Shown one piece after another: positions 12,000 to 23,691 of a stretch of 64,000 bases of DNA (the first letter of the stretch is position 1; every line of letters begins with the position of its first letter). Location: assembly GCF_041146345.1 (NCBI RefSeq), contig NW_027191413.1, positions 2,294,001 through 2,358,000 on the forward strand. Direction: 5' to 3'. Below the pieces are notes generated by a model. The model was not told where the DNA came from. It did not search any database and worked only from the letters and a program-made list of their open reading frames with translations. Source of the stretch: Neodothiora populina. Its lineage: Eukaryota. A program made the position numbers and the translations under genes.

Positions 12000-13471
12000 A
12001 TGTCGACGACGATAACAACGAAACAGCTCGCATCGTCGAACCTTTCGGTTCCACCAGATACATATATCTACTCCCTTGCGCGGACGGCGACCTTCTGCGC
12101 CGCGATCTCCTCGGACGACTCGCTCCGCGTATTCGATCCTTCGAGTCTTGCTCTGTTGCATACCAAGACTAAGGCGCACGATGGGTTGACGTGTCTCAGA
12201 GCGAACACGCAGGGGAGAGGGTGGGTCACTGCTGGTCGGGACGGTGCTGTGAGATGCTGGGACGAAAGGGCGAGTTCTGCGGGGGCGGTAATGAATGATC
12301 GTAAGTTTTGATGTCAGAGAAAAAGAATGCTCTCTGTTCCTGGGGACATTTTATGTCGCGAGTGAGGATTTGATGTGCTTACGTAGTTGTGTTGTGTAGC
12401 TCGTGGCTCTGGCCTTACAGCTTTAGCATGTAGAGAGAATCTCATCGCGGCTGGTACGGAGAATCTGAAGGAAGGTCTAGGCAATGTGAGCATATTGTTA
12501 TGGTAGGTTTGCTTCTACATTCCATACATATCACCCTCTCGTACTTTGTGAATTTCGTTGCCACAGATACAAGCAGGGAAAGTGGAGCTTTGATCCTATG
12601 GTCTTTGTGTTCTCATACCTGACGACAAGACCACTGTAGGGATATGCGAAACACAGGCACCCCACTGCGGCAATACACAGAGAGCCACAACGACACAATC
12701 ACACAATTAGCATTCCACCCGACGCGACCACAGACCCTCCTATCAGCAGCAACGGATGGCCTAGTATCAATCTTCGACACCACAATCGCAGACGAAGACG
12801 ACGCCCTCGTCCAAGTGCTGAATCACAAAGCTGCAGTCCATTGCGCGGGCTTTCTGTCCGACGACCAAGTCTATGCCATCAGCTCTGACGAGCAGCTCTC
12901 CGTCTATACGCTGAGCAAGCCGACTGACCCCGAGGACGCGACGTTGCCGATCACGGCGTTCGGTGACGTGAGAGAGCGGTTAGGGTGCAGCTATGTCATC
13001 GATGTGTATCCTTCTTCGCCGGCATGGATAGCTGCAGGTGACACTGGGTATGAGTCACCCTTTTCCATTTCTAAGCGTTCGTATACGGCGACTGACAAAT
13101 TTCGGAGCTAGCACATCAAGATTGACCATGATACCGCTGAGGCCGAGTTGGTCATTTGATGTCGGAGAGGTTATGGACTTTTCAGGCGCTCACGGAGACG
13201 AGATCGTCCGTGATATTCTCATTGACACTACAGTAAGCAAGGCAACAATAGCATCATGAGTCATCAGAAACGGTATAAAAAGCTGACGCAGGAATAGAGT
13301 CAATGCATATTGACATGTGGCGAAGACGGCCACGTCAGACTATGGGCCCAGGAAGGCGGATCACAAGCCGCTGAAGCCGGGGCTATGGAGGTCGATGATG
13401 GTGAAGGGAGTAAGAAGCAGCGGAGGAAGGACAAGAAGCAGAAGAAGAAGGATAGATTCAATCCTTACTGA
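12000..13471 (+). CDS. WD40-repeat protein, WDR89/YNL035C-like, multi-exon
   Basis: AAISSDDSLRVFD, TAGRDGAVRCWD, ESHNDTITQLAFHP..LLSAATDGLVSIFD, GAHGDEIVR, TCGEDGHVRLW, basic tail ending KKDRFNPY. Introns near 12301-12399, 12503-12639, 13049-13111 and 13233-13297. Confidence 0.85.
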
Positions 13472-13755
13472 TGGTTTGTCACAAGAGCAGAGACGTGAAT
13501 GAATAACAAAAAGTTCTAATTATACAGACGCTATGTAAGAAGTATGAAAATCTTCATGAGAGAAGAGAGATCCGCCTTATTCTCCAGCATTTTGTCCTTG
13601 TGCAATTTATCGAGTTCCCTCTCTCGTGCGAAATCAGGCCAGACCGAGTTCATCACAGTCCTGCAGGCCAATGGCAAATTGATACACACCCCGTCCCCCC
13701 ATTGTCTCCCGTTAGTCCTTTTCTCGTTTTCCTGTTTCAAGTCATACACAAGTCA

Positions 13756-14676
13756 TCAACGACCCTCCTTGACTCCAATAACATCATCCAAATGATTAGC
13801 CAACGCCACAAACAAATCAAACCACATCCTGCCCCCCTTGTCCATCTCGAGCTGCATGGTCCCACTCCGCCTGAAGACATCTCTGCTTCTGATGATTAAC
13901 GCGAGATAGTGAGCTCGCAGCCTCGAGTCCGTGTCGGGCGTGTTATCGTAGGCGAATCGCGCACTGTTGAGGATCGTGGCGCATTGAATGCCTTGGTGCA
14001 GGCCTTGTTTCTTGAGCGCAAGGCGTTTAAGCTCTGGGAGGGAGTATAGGTCTGCTGTACACTGATTTGGGCTGTCAGCTTCTGCGGAGGGCAGGGCATA
14101 AAAACAGGAAGGGATAAAATAACGTACGTAAATAACTGTGTCTTTCAACACTGGTCCCATGGATGCATGGGGCAGCGCTACAGACTCGGTACCTTGACTA
14201 TCCCTGTCGTCCTCGAGAGTCCATGTGCCCCGTCTTTTGTCAAGGAGCAGTCGAGGCGAATAGTCTCCTTTGTAGAGATACTCAAGTACGCTACTGATGA
14301 CTTCTGCTTCTTGATCAGGCAAGTCGATGCGTTGGCCCTCGGAAGTGAAGCGAATCGGCGCCTCTACTGCAGCATGTGAGTGCGATTGTCTGCGAAGAAT
14401 ATCCGCGAACCAGGGGGAGTGGCACAGGACTTCTTCGTGGGCGGCGAAGATACAACGGGAAGGGCCGACGCAGAGAGTGATAATGCTGGAGTTCAAGGGC
14501 GATGGCGCCGAGGCAGGGCTGCTGGACGATTGGTACACCTCAGCTGCTTCTTTGAACGATCTCTCTTTCTGTGCAGTGCGGAACGAGAAAGAGGGTTGTT
14601 TTCTGCTGAAGCTCTTCTGCACTCGGTCGTTATGGTGGCGGTTACCATGATCTTTGTTTCTGCTGGATCCGAGCAT
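13756..14676 (-). CDS. BTB/POZ domain protein
   Basis: IITLCVGPSRCIFAAHEEVLCHSPWF..LPDQEAEVISSVLEYLYKGDY..YSLPELKRLALKK..ARFAYDNTPDTDSRLR. Intron 14062-14127. Start Met taken at MLGSS (uncertain). Confidence 0.85.
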   Translation of the reverse strand: MLGSSRNKDHGNRHHNDRVQKSFSRKQPSFSFRTAQKERSFKEAAEVYQSSSSPASAPSPLNSSIITLCVGPSRCIFAAHEEVLCHSPWFADILRRQSHSHAAVEAPIRFTSEGQRIDLPDQEAEVISSVLEYLYKGDYSPRLLLDKRRGTWTLEDDRDSQGTESVALPHASMGPVLKDTVIYVRYFIPSCFYALPSAEADSPNQCTADLYSLPELKRLALKKQGLHQGIQCATILNSARFAYDNTPDTDSRLRAHYLALIIRSRDVFRRSGTMQLEMDKGGRMWFDLFVALANHLDDVIGVKEGR

Positions 14677-15616
14677 CGTGGCCGGCAGGCGAGGAAGAAC
14701 AATGTGAACAGTGATTGAGGGGAGACTGTAGCAGTCTTTATAGTAGACTTCGACTTTCACATGAGGGCTGGGTGAAAGACCGCTGACAGTGACTAAAGCA
14801 TCGGGATATGAACAAGGAAAACGTGTATATGGAAACAGGATACATCAACTCACCTACTATATGAGCTACTTATATACACTGCAAGGCAGCCCTCGAAATA
14901 AGGTACCTAACCCAACTCAAACACCGCCTAGGCGATCACATTCGCACGCACCCGAGCCCCCGGGCGTACACACACACACATACACTCACACAGACATCAT
15001 GCGCCCGCCCAACAAAAGGAAACGCCCAGGCAAACAGTTGACCGACTGACGACGCTATTGATAGCCTGAGTCAAAAGCAATGGCACCCTAAAGAGTTGAA
15101 AGGAAAGAAGCAGGAATAGATATAATTGGTACGCGTCGTCCTGGCTAACGCGTCCTCCCTTGTCGCGATAACGCCGCGATATCACGAGGGGAGTCATTTA
15201 GCATGCATACATGCAAGGCGTCAGTGTTTCACAAGCTGCCTGGCTACCGTAGGCTAGGGTGTCATGGGGTTGTAGGCAGCAGTGAAGCAGAATAGATGTG
15301 GCTTGCGGTATACACTGGTGGTGCGTCCCGGTTCCATGGGACAGGTAGTCGGAGATATTGTAGGTTCTGAGTCAGGCTATATCATGACAGTTGATCGATC
15401 AGTATTTCGGTCGACGAATTTGATTCGCCTGCTGGCAGTGGAGACGTCTATATGCGTGACTCATTGCCGCATACAGGCATGCAGCAGTAAGGTAGGAGAT
15501 GGAAGTGAACAGCCCTGGCTCGGCGGTGCCTTGCATGAGCATCAGGCTTGGCAGTCCATACTCCTCTCGGTGACCGAACGGCCAACTCGTTCATCGACTC
15601 AGCTTGAGTAACATTC

Positions 15617-15861
15617 CTTATCGCAGAAGCTTAATTCTTCGCAAACAGCCACATCTGATCTGCGCTCCTGATAGTCTCTAACAATGGATACTCGAAAAGC
15701 ATCTTCGGATACGATGTCGGGCAGAGCAAGCGATGTGGTAACGAACAGCAGGCGAAGAATGGTGTAACATGCTGCTTGTATCTACGCTCGGCCGGGTTGA
15801 TAGGCCATGCTTTCTCTTATCGCTTGCTTTGTAAGGTAGGTGTCTATGAGCTGGGCGATAA
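15617..15861. promoter_or_regulatory. Cluster of five HGATAR (GATA-factor/AreA-type) sites upstream of the hydantoinase gene
   Basis: CTTATC 15617, TGATAG 15669, TGATAG 15798, CTTATC 15816, CGATAA 15856. Confidence 0.5.
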
Positions 15862-15978
15862 TGTATTGCTCGCTAGAACATGTTGGTCACATATATGTAT
15901 GTGAAGTGTATATAATGCATAAAGTGTTTTGACTCACTCACAGAGTAGGGCCAGGTCAAATAGGAGTAGCAAGTGAAC

Positions 15979-18900
15979 ATGTCTAAACACATCAGAATTG
16001 GTGTAGATGTAGGAGGTCAATGACATCGCTCCACACTATCAATCTACCTCCGGAGCAGCTCACAAAACATTATAGGCACGAACACCGATGCCGTAGCGAT
16101 CGATCCAACACAGAAACACACTCCAACCCGCGGTGTACTAGCCCACCACAAAGCGCCGACAACCCCAGACATAACCAGCGGCATCGAGGAAGCGGTTCGT
16201 GAAGTACTGACCTCGTCCTCGATCCCATCATCATCCATCGCCAGTGTCACAGTCGGCACAACAGCGTTCTTGAACTCTGTAGTCGAGCAGGATGCACGTC
16301 GGTTGAGTCGAGTAGCAGTATTGCGGCTTTCCAAATCGTTCTTGCGCGAAGTGCAGCCTTTCTCGGATTGGCCACCTGGCTTGGTATCTATCATCAAAGG
16401 TTATGTGGGCTATGTGGATGGAGGATTGCACATAGATGGGTCTCAAGAGGCTCCTGTTGTGGAGGCCCAGGTTGTAGAGAAATGCAAGGAAATCATCGAG
16501 TTGGGTATCAGTGCTGTTGTTGTCGCTGGTGTTTATTCGCCTATCGATGAGACGCATAGGCAGGAGGATAGAGTCAGGGAGATTGTCATGAGAGAGATAC
16601 CGGGGTGCAGTGTGGTTTGTTCCCACGAAGTTGCTAACATTGGTAAGACCAAAGCGCTTCACCATCATGAGTGGCCGGTATGGTGCAGTCCTGTTGACCA
16701 TAAGTGACCATGCAGGATTCTTGGAACGAGAGAACGCTTCCATCCTGAACGCGGCAATCCTCAAATACGCCAGGAAAACAGTCCGGCGCTTCAGGTTCGC
16801 CATGAACGCTCTACAATTGACCTGCCCGCTGTTCCTAACTCAAAATGACGGTACACTGCTCGACTCCGCGTCTGCTGCCAGAGTGCCTGTGCGCACATTC
16901 TCCTCTGGTGCCACGAACTCGATGCGAGGAGCAGCTTACCTCGCCGGACATGAGGTAGGTAAATCATCAGCGATTGTGGTAGACATTGGAGGCACCACGA
17001 CAGATGTCGGTGTCTTGCTCCCTTATGGTCTGCCTAGACAAGCGTCGGCATACGTGACGGTCGCAGGCGTCAGAGTGAACTACTCGATGCCCCACTTACA
17101 CTCTATCGGCCTTGGAGGTGGTTCACTCGTGCGAGATGTAGACGGAAAGATCACTGTTGGTCCTGATTCTGTGGGCCACAATCTGACCACCGAAGGTCTC
17201 GTCTTTGGCGGAAGCACTTTGACGGCTACCGACATCTCCGTGGCTTCGGGCAAAGCAGATATAGGCAAGAAGTCAGCCGTCAGCCAGCTCAGTCCAGAAC
17301 TTGTTCGCGACGCACAGCATCGTATCAAAGCACTCTTGGAAGGCGCCATAGACGTCGTCAAGACTTCGCCGGAACCTCTGCCTGTCCTTTTGGTAGGTGG
17401 CGGCTCTGTTCTGGCACCCGAAGTGTTGGCTGGCTCTTCTCAACTCATCTGCCCGCCATTCCATGATGTTGCCAACGCAGTGGGTGCCGCCTGTTCGAAA
17501 GTCGGTGGATCCGTAGACATCGTGCAGGGTGTGTCGAATCAGACGGTGGCTCAGGCTACTGAACACGCCAAGAAGCTGGCCATACAGCGGGCGATCGCTG
17601 CGGGAGCAGTCGAGGACAGCGTCTTCATTGCCGAAATCGATACGATGCCCTTGCAGTATGTCGCCAATCGATTGCGGACCATCGTCAAAGCTGTTGGAGA
17701 GCTTGACATCAACGTTGCGAAGACGGTTGAGGTAGACGGGGACGACGCCGAGGAAGAAGTCAATGAAGAAGTCGAAGAAGCTAAATCTCATACCCAAAAA
17801 GTGCTTGAAGTCGCGACTGTCGACCCCCAAACATACCGACCCCAAATTGTCTTGAACAAAGAAACAGGCGTCAAGGAGTGGCTCATCTCGGAGACAGATC
17901 TTGCCTATCTTGCAGATGGATGCTACGTTCTTGGCTGCGCCGGAGGTGGCAGTCCCGCGGCATCCAAAATCCAACTACGGGATATGCTACGCGCTGGCTA
18001 CCGGATGCGTGTCATCGACCACTCCAGTCTGCCCGAGAGCGCCAACATCTACTGGGGAGGACACATGGGATCGCCGGCGACTTCAGTCGAGAGGCTGCAG
18101 TCGACAGAAACGGTGGATGCCTTCAAAGTTCTCATGGAGTATCTGCACCACGACACCTTTGACGCAGTATGTGGACTCGAGATCGGCGGTGCCAACGGCC
18201 TCGAGCCCTTCCTGGTCGGATCCTCGCGTTTCTTCGACAGACCCGTCATCGACGCGGATTGGATGGGACGCGCATACCCTACGTACTGGCAGACGACACT
18301 GGCCGTGCACACGCCCGGAGAACTGGTGCCTTGCGCCATCGACTCCGGAGACGGCAAGTCGATTTTGATGGTGCGAGCTCCGGACGACGAGATTGTCGAC
18401 AGAGCCCTCCGAGCGTCGTGTTCGGAAATGGGATCACGAGTCGGCATGGCGGCGAAGCCTACGACTACGGACAAAGTTCGCAAGCATGCTGTGCTGAACA
18501 CGTGCTCTATGGCATGGCGTGTAGGCCGCTGCATCGCCAAAGCAGAAGCCACCAACAGCTTGTCCACCGTCGCCGAAGCCATTATCGAAGAAGCTGGTGG
18601 ACAGCAGAGTGCGAAAGTGTTGTTCCGCGGCAAGATCGTCGCCGTGGAGCGTAGACTTTACAAAGGCCATTCGTACGGCGAAATCCACATTGCGAATGTT
18701 TCGACCGAGGACGACGACGGCGCGGTGGACGACAAGCGTATGCCCGCAGTGGCAGAGGGAGGCCTCATGGAGATCCCTTTCAAGAACGAGAGTCTCTTTG
18801 CGGAGCACATTGCCGAGGACGGAACGAAGAGCATTGTCGCTGCTGTTCCCGATCTCATTGTTGTGCTGGACAAAGAGTCTGGACGCGCTCTCGGTGTTCC

Positions 18901-19084
18901 GGAGTTCAAGTATGGGTATCAAGTTGTCGTGCTCGGTATCACTTGTTCCCCTCGATGGACTGAGACGCCAAGAGGTCTGGAAATTGGTGGGCCCAAGGCT
19001 TTCGGGTACGAAGATGTCGAGTACAAGGCTCTGGGTGTGTACACGGAGCCGAAGAGTGTCATTGAAGAGTTTGCGCCTAAATAG
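15979..19084 (+). CDS. Hydantoinase/oxoprolinase N-terminal region fused to DUF917 domain
   Basis: MSKHIRIGVDVGG|TNTDAV, GTTAFLNS, LERENASILNA, QNDGT, VDIGGTTTDVG, SIGLGGGS, ANAVGAA, then DUF917 motifs GCYVLGCAGGGSP, MGSP, EIGGANG, DADWMGRAYP, IPFKNE, VPDLIVVLD. Introns ~16016-16075 and ~16643-16715. Confidence 0.9.
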
Positions 19085-19492
19085 ATGAGAATTCACATGA
19101 CTCTTGTTTTTTTCCTGTTGCAATGTTATGGATCTTGGGTGATTGTATCGATGTGCTGTTGAAGCATTTCAATTCCTATGCTGGGTGCAAGGTTCTCAAT
19201 GATCCCTTCACCTATCGCACACCTAAAGACGTGATCGTATCTCTACTCTGCCGAAGATAAACATATGAAGACATATGATTACCAACGCATGGAAAAAAGG
19301 GAAAAAAAATTGCAAGTTTCATAATGGTGACGTTAAATGGCTTTTCATTTTTGACACCTCCCCGGACGGGGGGAGCGTCGATGCTCCTAACTTTGGTATT
19401 CCGTCTAGTTGAGCAACAACCCCTGGTGAACTCGTCCGAAAAAATACTGTACCCAACCCATGACCCCGGCAATAACGCAACAGGCGACAAGC

Positions 19493-20628
19493 TTAGTAGA
19501 AGGTGGAAGGACGGTGAGCAGCGAAGACCTTCTTTCCAGCGGTCTTGGGGATACGGTGGGGAAGAGGGAACTTGAGGTCCTTGGTCATGAGCTGCTTCAT
19601 GTAAGGGCGGCGGATGTCGTCAGACTTCTCGATCTCGACAACCTTGAGGATCTGTGTTGTTTTTGGGTCAGCACAGCACTCGACCGAGCAGGCAGAGTGG
19701 CGACCTGCGGGAGATTTGAATGGAAGAGAAAAGAAGAAAGAAAAAAAACGTACGTGGATGGATCTGAAACGAGATCTGTGGCGGGCGGCCATGTCCTGGT
19801 ACATGGACTCGACGGCGTCGGTGCGGGACATGTCGCGGTACTCCTTGTACATGTTGTGGGTGCCGGAGCGCGAGTCATAACGGATCCAGATACCGAAGTT
19901 CTTGACCTTCTGAGGGCGCTTCTCATGAATCTGCAGGCGCGTGATTAACATGCGTTCCAAAAACGCCTAGCGCTGCAGCCCATTGTCGACTGAGAGGTCA
20001 TGGCTCTTTTGTCTCTGGCTCTGAGGCTCAGGTTATGAAGTGGAGGAGGTGTGAAAGTACCTGGTTCAGGGTGACGATCTCGCCGTTTGCCTTCTTGACC
20101 TTGCGGAGCTTGGAGAGGAAGTACCAGAAACGGGACTTGGCGACAACCTCGTTAGGGGCAAAGATGCGCATGCGGTAAAGTTTAGGGGTGGGGTTGGCCT
20201 CGCTGGGGAGGAGGCGCCCGATGACCTGGTACTCTTGAAGGCGACCTGAAGTGATTGTCCACATGTCAGCCAACTTCCTTGCTCTTTTTCATGGTTTTTT
20301 GGTTTTCGGTCTCGGCGGCGGCCAGACAGAGTCGGATGGAGAGGCGGTGATTGCGGCGAATGCAGTCGATGGCGGTGTGTTGCGGTGGTCTTCAATGGAC
20401 GCGATCGAGAAAAGCTCTTCCAATGAACAAATCTCTTTCCTCATCCAGTCAACGCTTTCACGCAGCTCTCCATCCCAGCTCCAATTCCATCAAACAAATG
20501 CCATTGCGTTCACTGCTGCCCCATCCGACTCTGTGTAGCTTGTCGAGAAAGTTTTGCGCTGATGGTGAAGGAGGTCGCTATTGCCATACGCCAGAGGTTC
20601 CTAAGGAAGAGAATGTGTGCTTACCCAT
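19493..20628 (-). CDS. RPL20: 60S ribosomal protein L20 (eL20/L18a), 4 exons
   Basis: [81 protein letters not shown]. Introns 20246-20624, 19931-20060 and 19652-19753. Confidence 0.97.
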
Positions 20629-21067
20629 CTGCAAAAGAATCAGCTTGACAAGACCACACACGACGCTTCCTCATGAGACTACTTACTGTTGATTTTGATC
20701 TGCTGGAGGTTAGTACAGATGGTTGACGGTCGCGATACGAAAAGACAAGACAAGAATTTGCGGACAACTTCGAACGACTTGTTGCACTGGCACGGCGAAT
20801 CCCGTGGGTGCGCTTTTCTGCTACCGCTAAGCGAGCCAATCACCAGCAGCGACTCTTGATTTCGAGGACCCAAAGTCTTGGCGTTACAGTCCTGAGTCGT
20901 GTCAGCCACGCGCCGCGTCGTTTCACATGTCAGTCGACGTGTATACCGCAGCCAAGCACGGTACTTTATACTGTTCTGTGTCGAGATATATCGTTGTTGC
21001 ATCTCAACCTGATGGAGTCGCGCGCACTTGTGAGTGAAAAGTAGAGTAATCTCGTGATCGCCGGAAC

Positions 21068-22465
21068 ATGGATGCCCTGATCGTAGACTTTGGCCGGGCG
21101 ATCAACTCACAAGACGGCTACGCTCTCGCCGCAACACTATCGCCCGTCCCACCCAAGCATGACCCAGCACGACTGTATGCTCTGCGCAAATCCACGAATG
21201 CGCAGAGTGTCGTCGTCGACTTGCGCTATGCCATAGGCCACAACCCGAACTTCACACTGGATCGTTCAGAAAGCAATGGCTGGGTCGACGTCTATGTTGC
21301 GTACTGGAAGGCAGTGGTGGAGATTCTGGTCGCAGATGAAGCAATGAATAAACACAGGAACACGGGCTCACATGGCGGAGCGGCAGCACACTGGGATAAA
21401 GTGTATAATGCGTGGAAAGATCTGCTCAACGCCCTCTACAAAGGATATCAGAACGCCGGCTTCGAAGCATGGACGATACCGTGTTTGTATATAACTGGCA
21501 AATACCTCCGAGTCTTCGCCATCAAGGCAGACGAAAGCGCACGCGACGCCAAGAAGAACAGCAGTAACAATAACGCATTCGACTCGGCATGCGAGGACGA
21601 CGTCGTGGCAGACGAACAGCAGGGCGGCAACGAGAAGCTGGAAGATTGCGCCAGACAGATCAACCGCATCTTCAGTCTTTGCATAAGCGACCGAGCACCC
21701 ATCACTGAATCCCGCAAATGGGGACTCTACTACATCACGAATCTCATGTTCAAAACCTACTTCAAACTGAACTCCGTCTCTTTATCCAAGAACATCCTGC
21801 GATCATTGTCTGCAACAGTGGTCGACATGCCTCCTGTGTCGGCATTCCCCAAATCGCATCAGGTCACGTTCAACTACTACGTCGGCGTCATCCACTTTCT
21901 CGACGAAGCGTACGTCAAAGCCGAAGAGCATCTCTCGGCAGCCTACGCCCAGTCTCTCGCCTCCTCGACAACGAACATCAAACTGATCCTGACATACCTG
22001 ATCCCGACCAAACTCATCACCTCGGGCGTGCTTCCCTCTCCCGCGCTTCTGGCGCCTTATCCGAGTCTGCAGAGGCTGTTCGGTCCGATAGCATCGTGTA
22101 TCAAGTCCGGCGATCTGGCAGGCTTCGACAAGGCGCTGCAGGCGGGCGAAGACGAGTTCGTCAAGCGGAGAATATACCTCACCCTCGAGCGCGGCCGCGA
22201 CACGTGCATGCGCAACTTGTTCCGCAAGGTCTATCTCGCAGGAGGCTTCGAGGCGGACACGACGACGCGTCGCAGTCGTATTCCTCTGGCCGAGTTCAAG
22301 GCGGCGTTGAGTCTCGGTGGCGAGAGAGACATCGACGGAGAGGAGGTCGAGTGTTTCGTTGCCAATCTGATCTATAAGGATATGATGAAGGGGTACATTT
22401 CTCGTGCTCACCAGATGGTTGTCGTCAATAAAAAGGGAGCCGCGTTCCCGGGAACCGGCGTTTGA
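21068..22465 (+). CDS. CSN12: PCI-domain protein Csn12 (PCID2 family)
   Basis: Intronless 465-aa ORF: SDRAPITESRKWGLYYITNLMFKTYFKLN, FPKSHQVTFNYYVG, EVECFVANLIYKDMMKGYISR..AFPGTGV. Confidence 0.9.
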   Translation: MDALIVDFGRAINSQDGYALAATLSPVPPKHDPARLYALRKSTNAQSVVVDLRYAIGHNPNFTLDRSESNGWVDVYVAYWKAVVEILVADEAMNKHRNTGSHGGAAAHWDKVYNAWKDLLNALYKGYQNAGFEAWTIPCLYITGKYLRVFAIKADESARDAKKNSSNNNAFDSACEDDVVADEQQGGNEKLEDCARQINRIFSLCISDRAPITESRKWGLYYITNLMFKTYFKLNSVSLSKNILRSLSATVVDMPPVSAFPKSHQVTFNYYVGVIHFLDEAYVKAEEHLSAAYAQSLASSTTNIKLILTYLIPTKLITSGVLPSPALLAPYPSLQRLFGPIASCIKSGDLAGFDKALQAGEDEFVKRRIYLTLERGRDTCMRNLFRKVYLAGGFEADTTTRRSRIPLAEFKAALSLGGERDIDGEEVECFVANLIYKDMMKGYISRAHQMVVVNKKGAAFPGTGV

Positions 22466-23691
22466 GCTGTGTTTCCACCTCTCCTGTTCACAGTTTCAAT
22501 GAAACGTTGGACCAGATTACTATGACGGAACGCGCCAATGATGATCTGTTTATATCGCCACCAGAACATGAACTCGTAGAGAAACGGTCAACATGACCGG
22601 GGCATGACATCTCCTTTTGAACCTCGAAGGTAGAGCGAGTGGAAGATAAGGTGAAGTCACCTTCCCAATCTACCTCGACGCAACTCCACGAACGAATCAC
22701 CCAAATCCCACGGCGGAGGAGAGAGAGAAAAAGGATGACAAACACCACTCCGTCTCGTACTGCTCCTGTCACAAGCCAACAGAAATGGACCGAACTCCTC
22801 ACGTCCCAACCAAGTCTAACCCAGCAACCAACCGCATGACCACGAAACAAGACAGAGACGACAAGTAAAACAAAAAACAAGGAAAAATCACAATTGCCGT
22901 CGACGAACTAACACTGCCTCGAAACCGAGTTCAGGGCATCAAAGGCGTAGGAGAGAAAGGGGGGAAGTGTATGCATACTCCACATGGGGGCCGAGTATTA
23001 TATACATTCCTTATCTGTCTCTCTGCCTTTTTTTTCGTGTATCTTTAGATCAAGCATGGAAAGGCTTCAACAATAGGACGGGCGGGATCAAGCTATCTCC
23101 TCGCCGGAAAGACAAAATGCGCAGAGAAAGGCAGCTGCACGGCGCGAGCAAGTGGAGGGATAGCGAACAGGTATGCGGAAAGAAAGCAGCAGTGGAGACG
23201 AAGAGGAAGGCGCAAGGCCGAGCAAGTGGAAGGAGCGAAGTCTACACTACCATAAAGGTAGGTGCCTTAGCTTACCTCACCTCTACAATAAAGTAATCTG
23301 CCTCACCTTACCTTGTCTTGCCATTTCGTCAAGTCTGTCGTCTCAAAGTAACGTACCTTAACCCGGTACTAGAAATTTGAATCAACTACACAAACCCACG
23401 CTCCCTCTACCATGTATACACGTCTTCTCTATTGCATTCGACTATTTCCTTGCTTATCCAGCGGACCGAGATCTTCACATTCACGAGAAGGGGAGAATTG
23501 ACCTTGTACGATTATCTGTATTATCATTCTTCGACAAGACAAAACTAAAACAGGAGATTTTATATGCACATGTATGCTATCGCTAGTAATCACCACGAAG
23601 GCCTTGCCTGACCTGGCCACAAGAAACAGAAGGAGAAAAAAACAAAAGTCGGGCACTGTCCAGCAGTACGTGAACCCAAACACGTCTCCTC

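Noticed and set aside
17273..22411. Long antisense or alternative-frame ORFs over the hydantoinase, RPL20 and CSN12 genes (also over UAP1 and GIS2)
   Set aside because: Shadow ORFs caused by GC3-rich codon usage; no recognisable domains.
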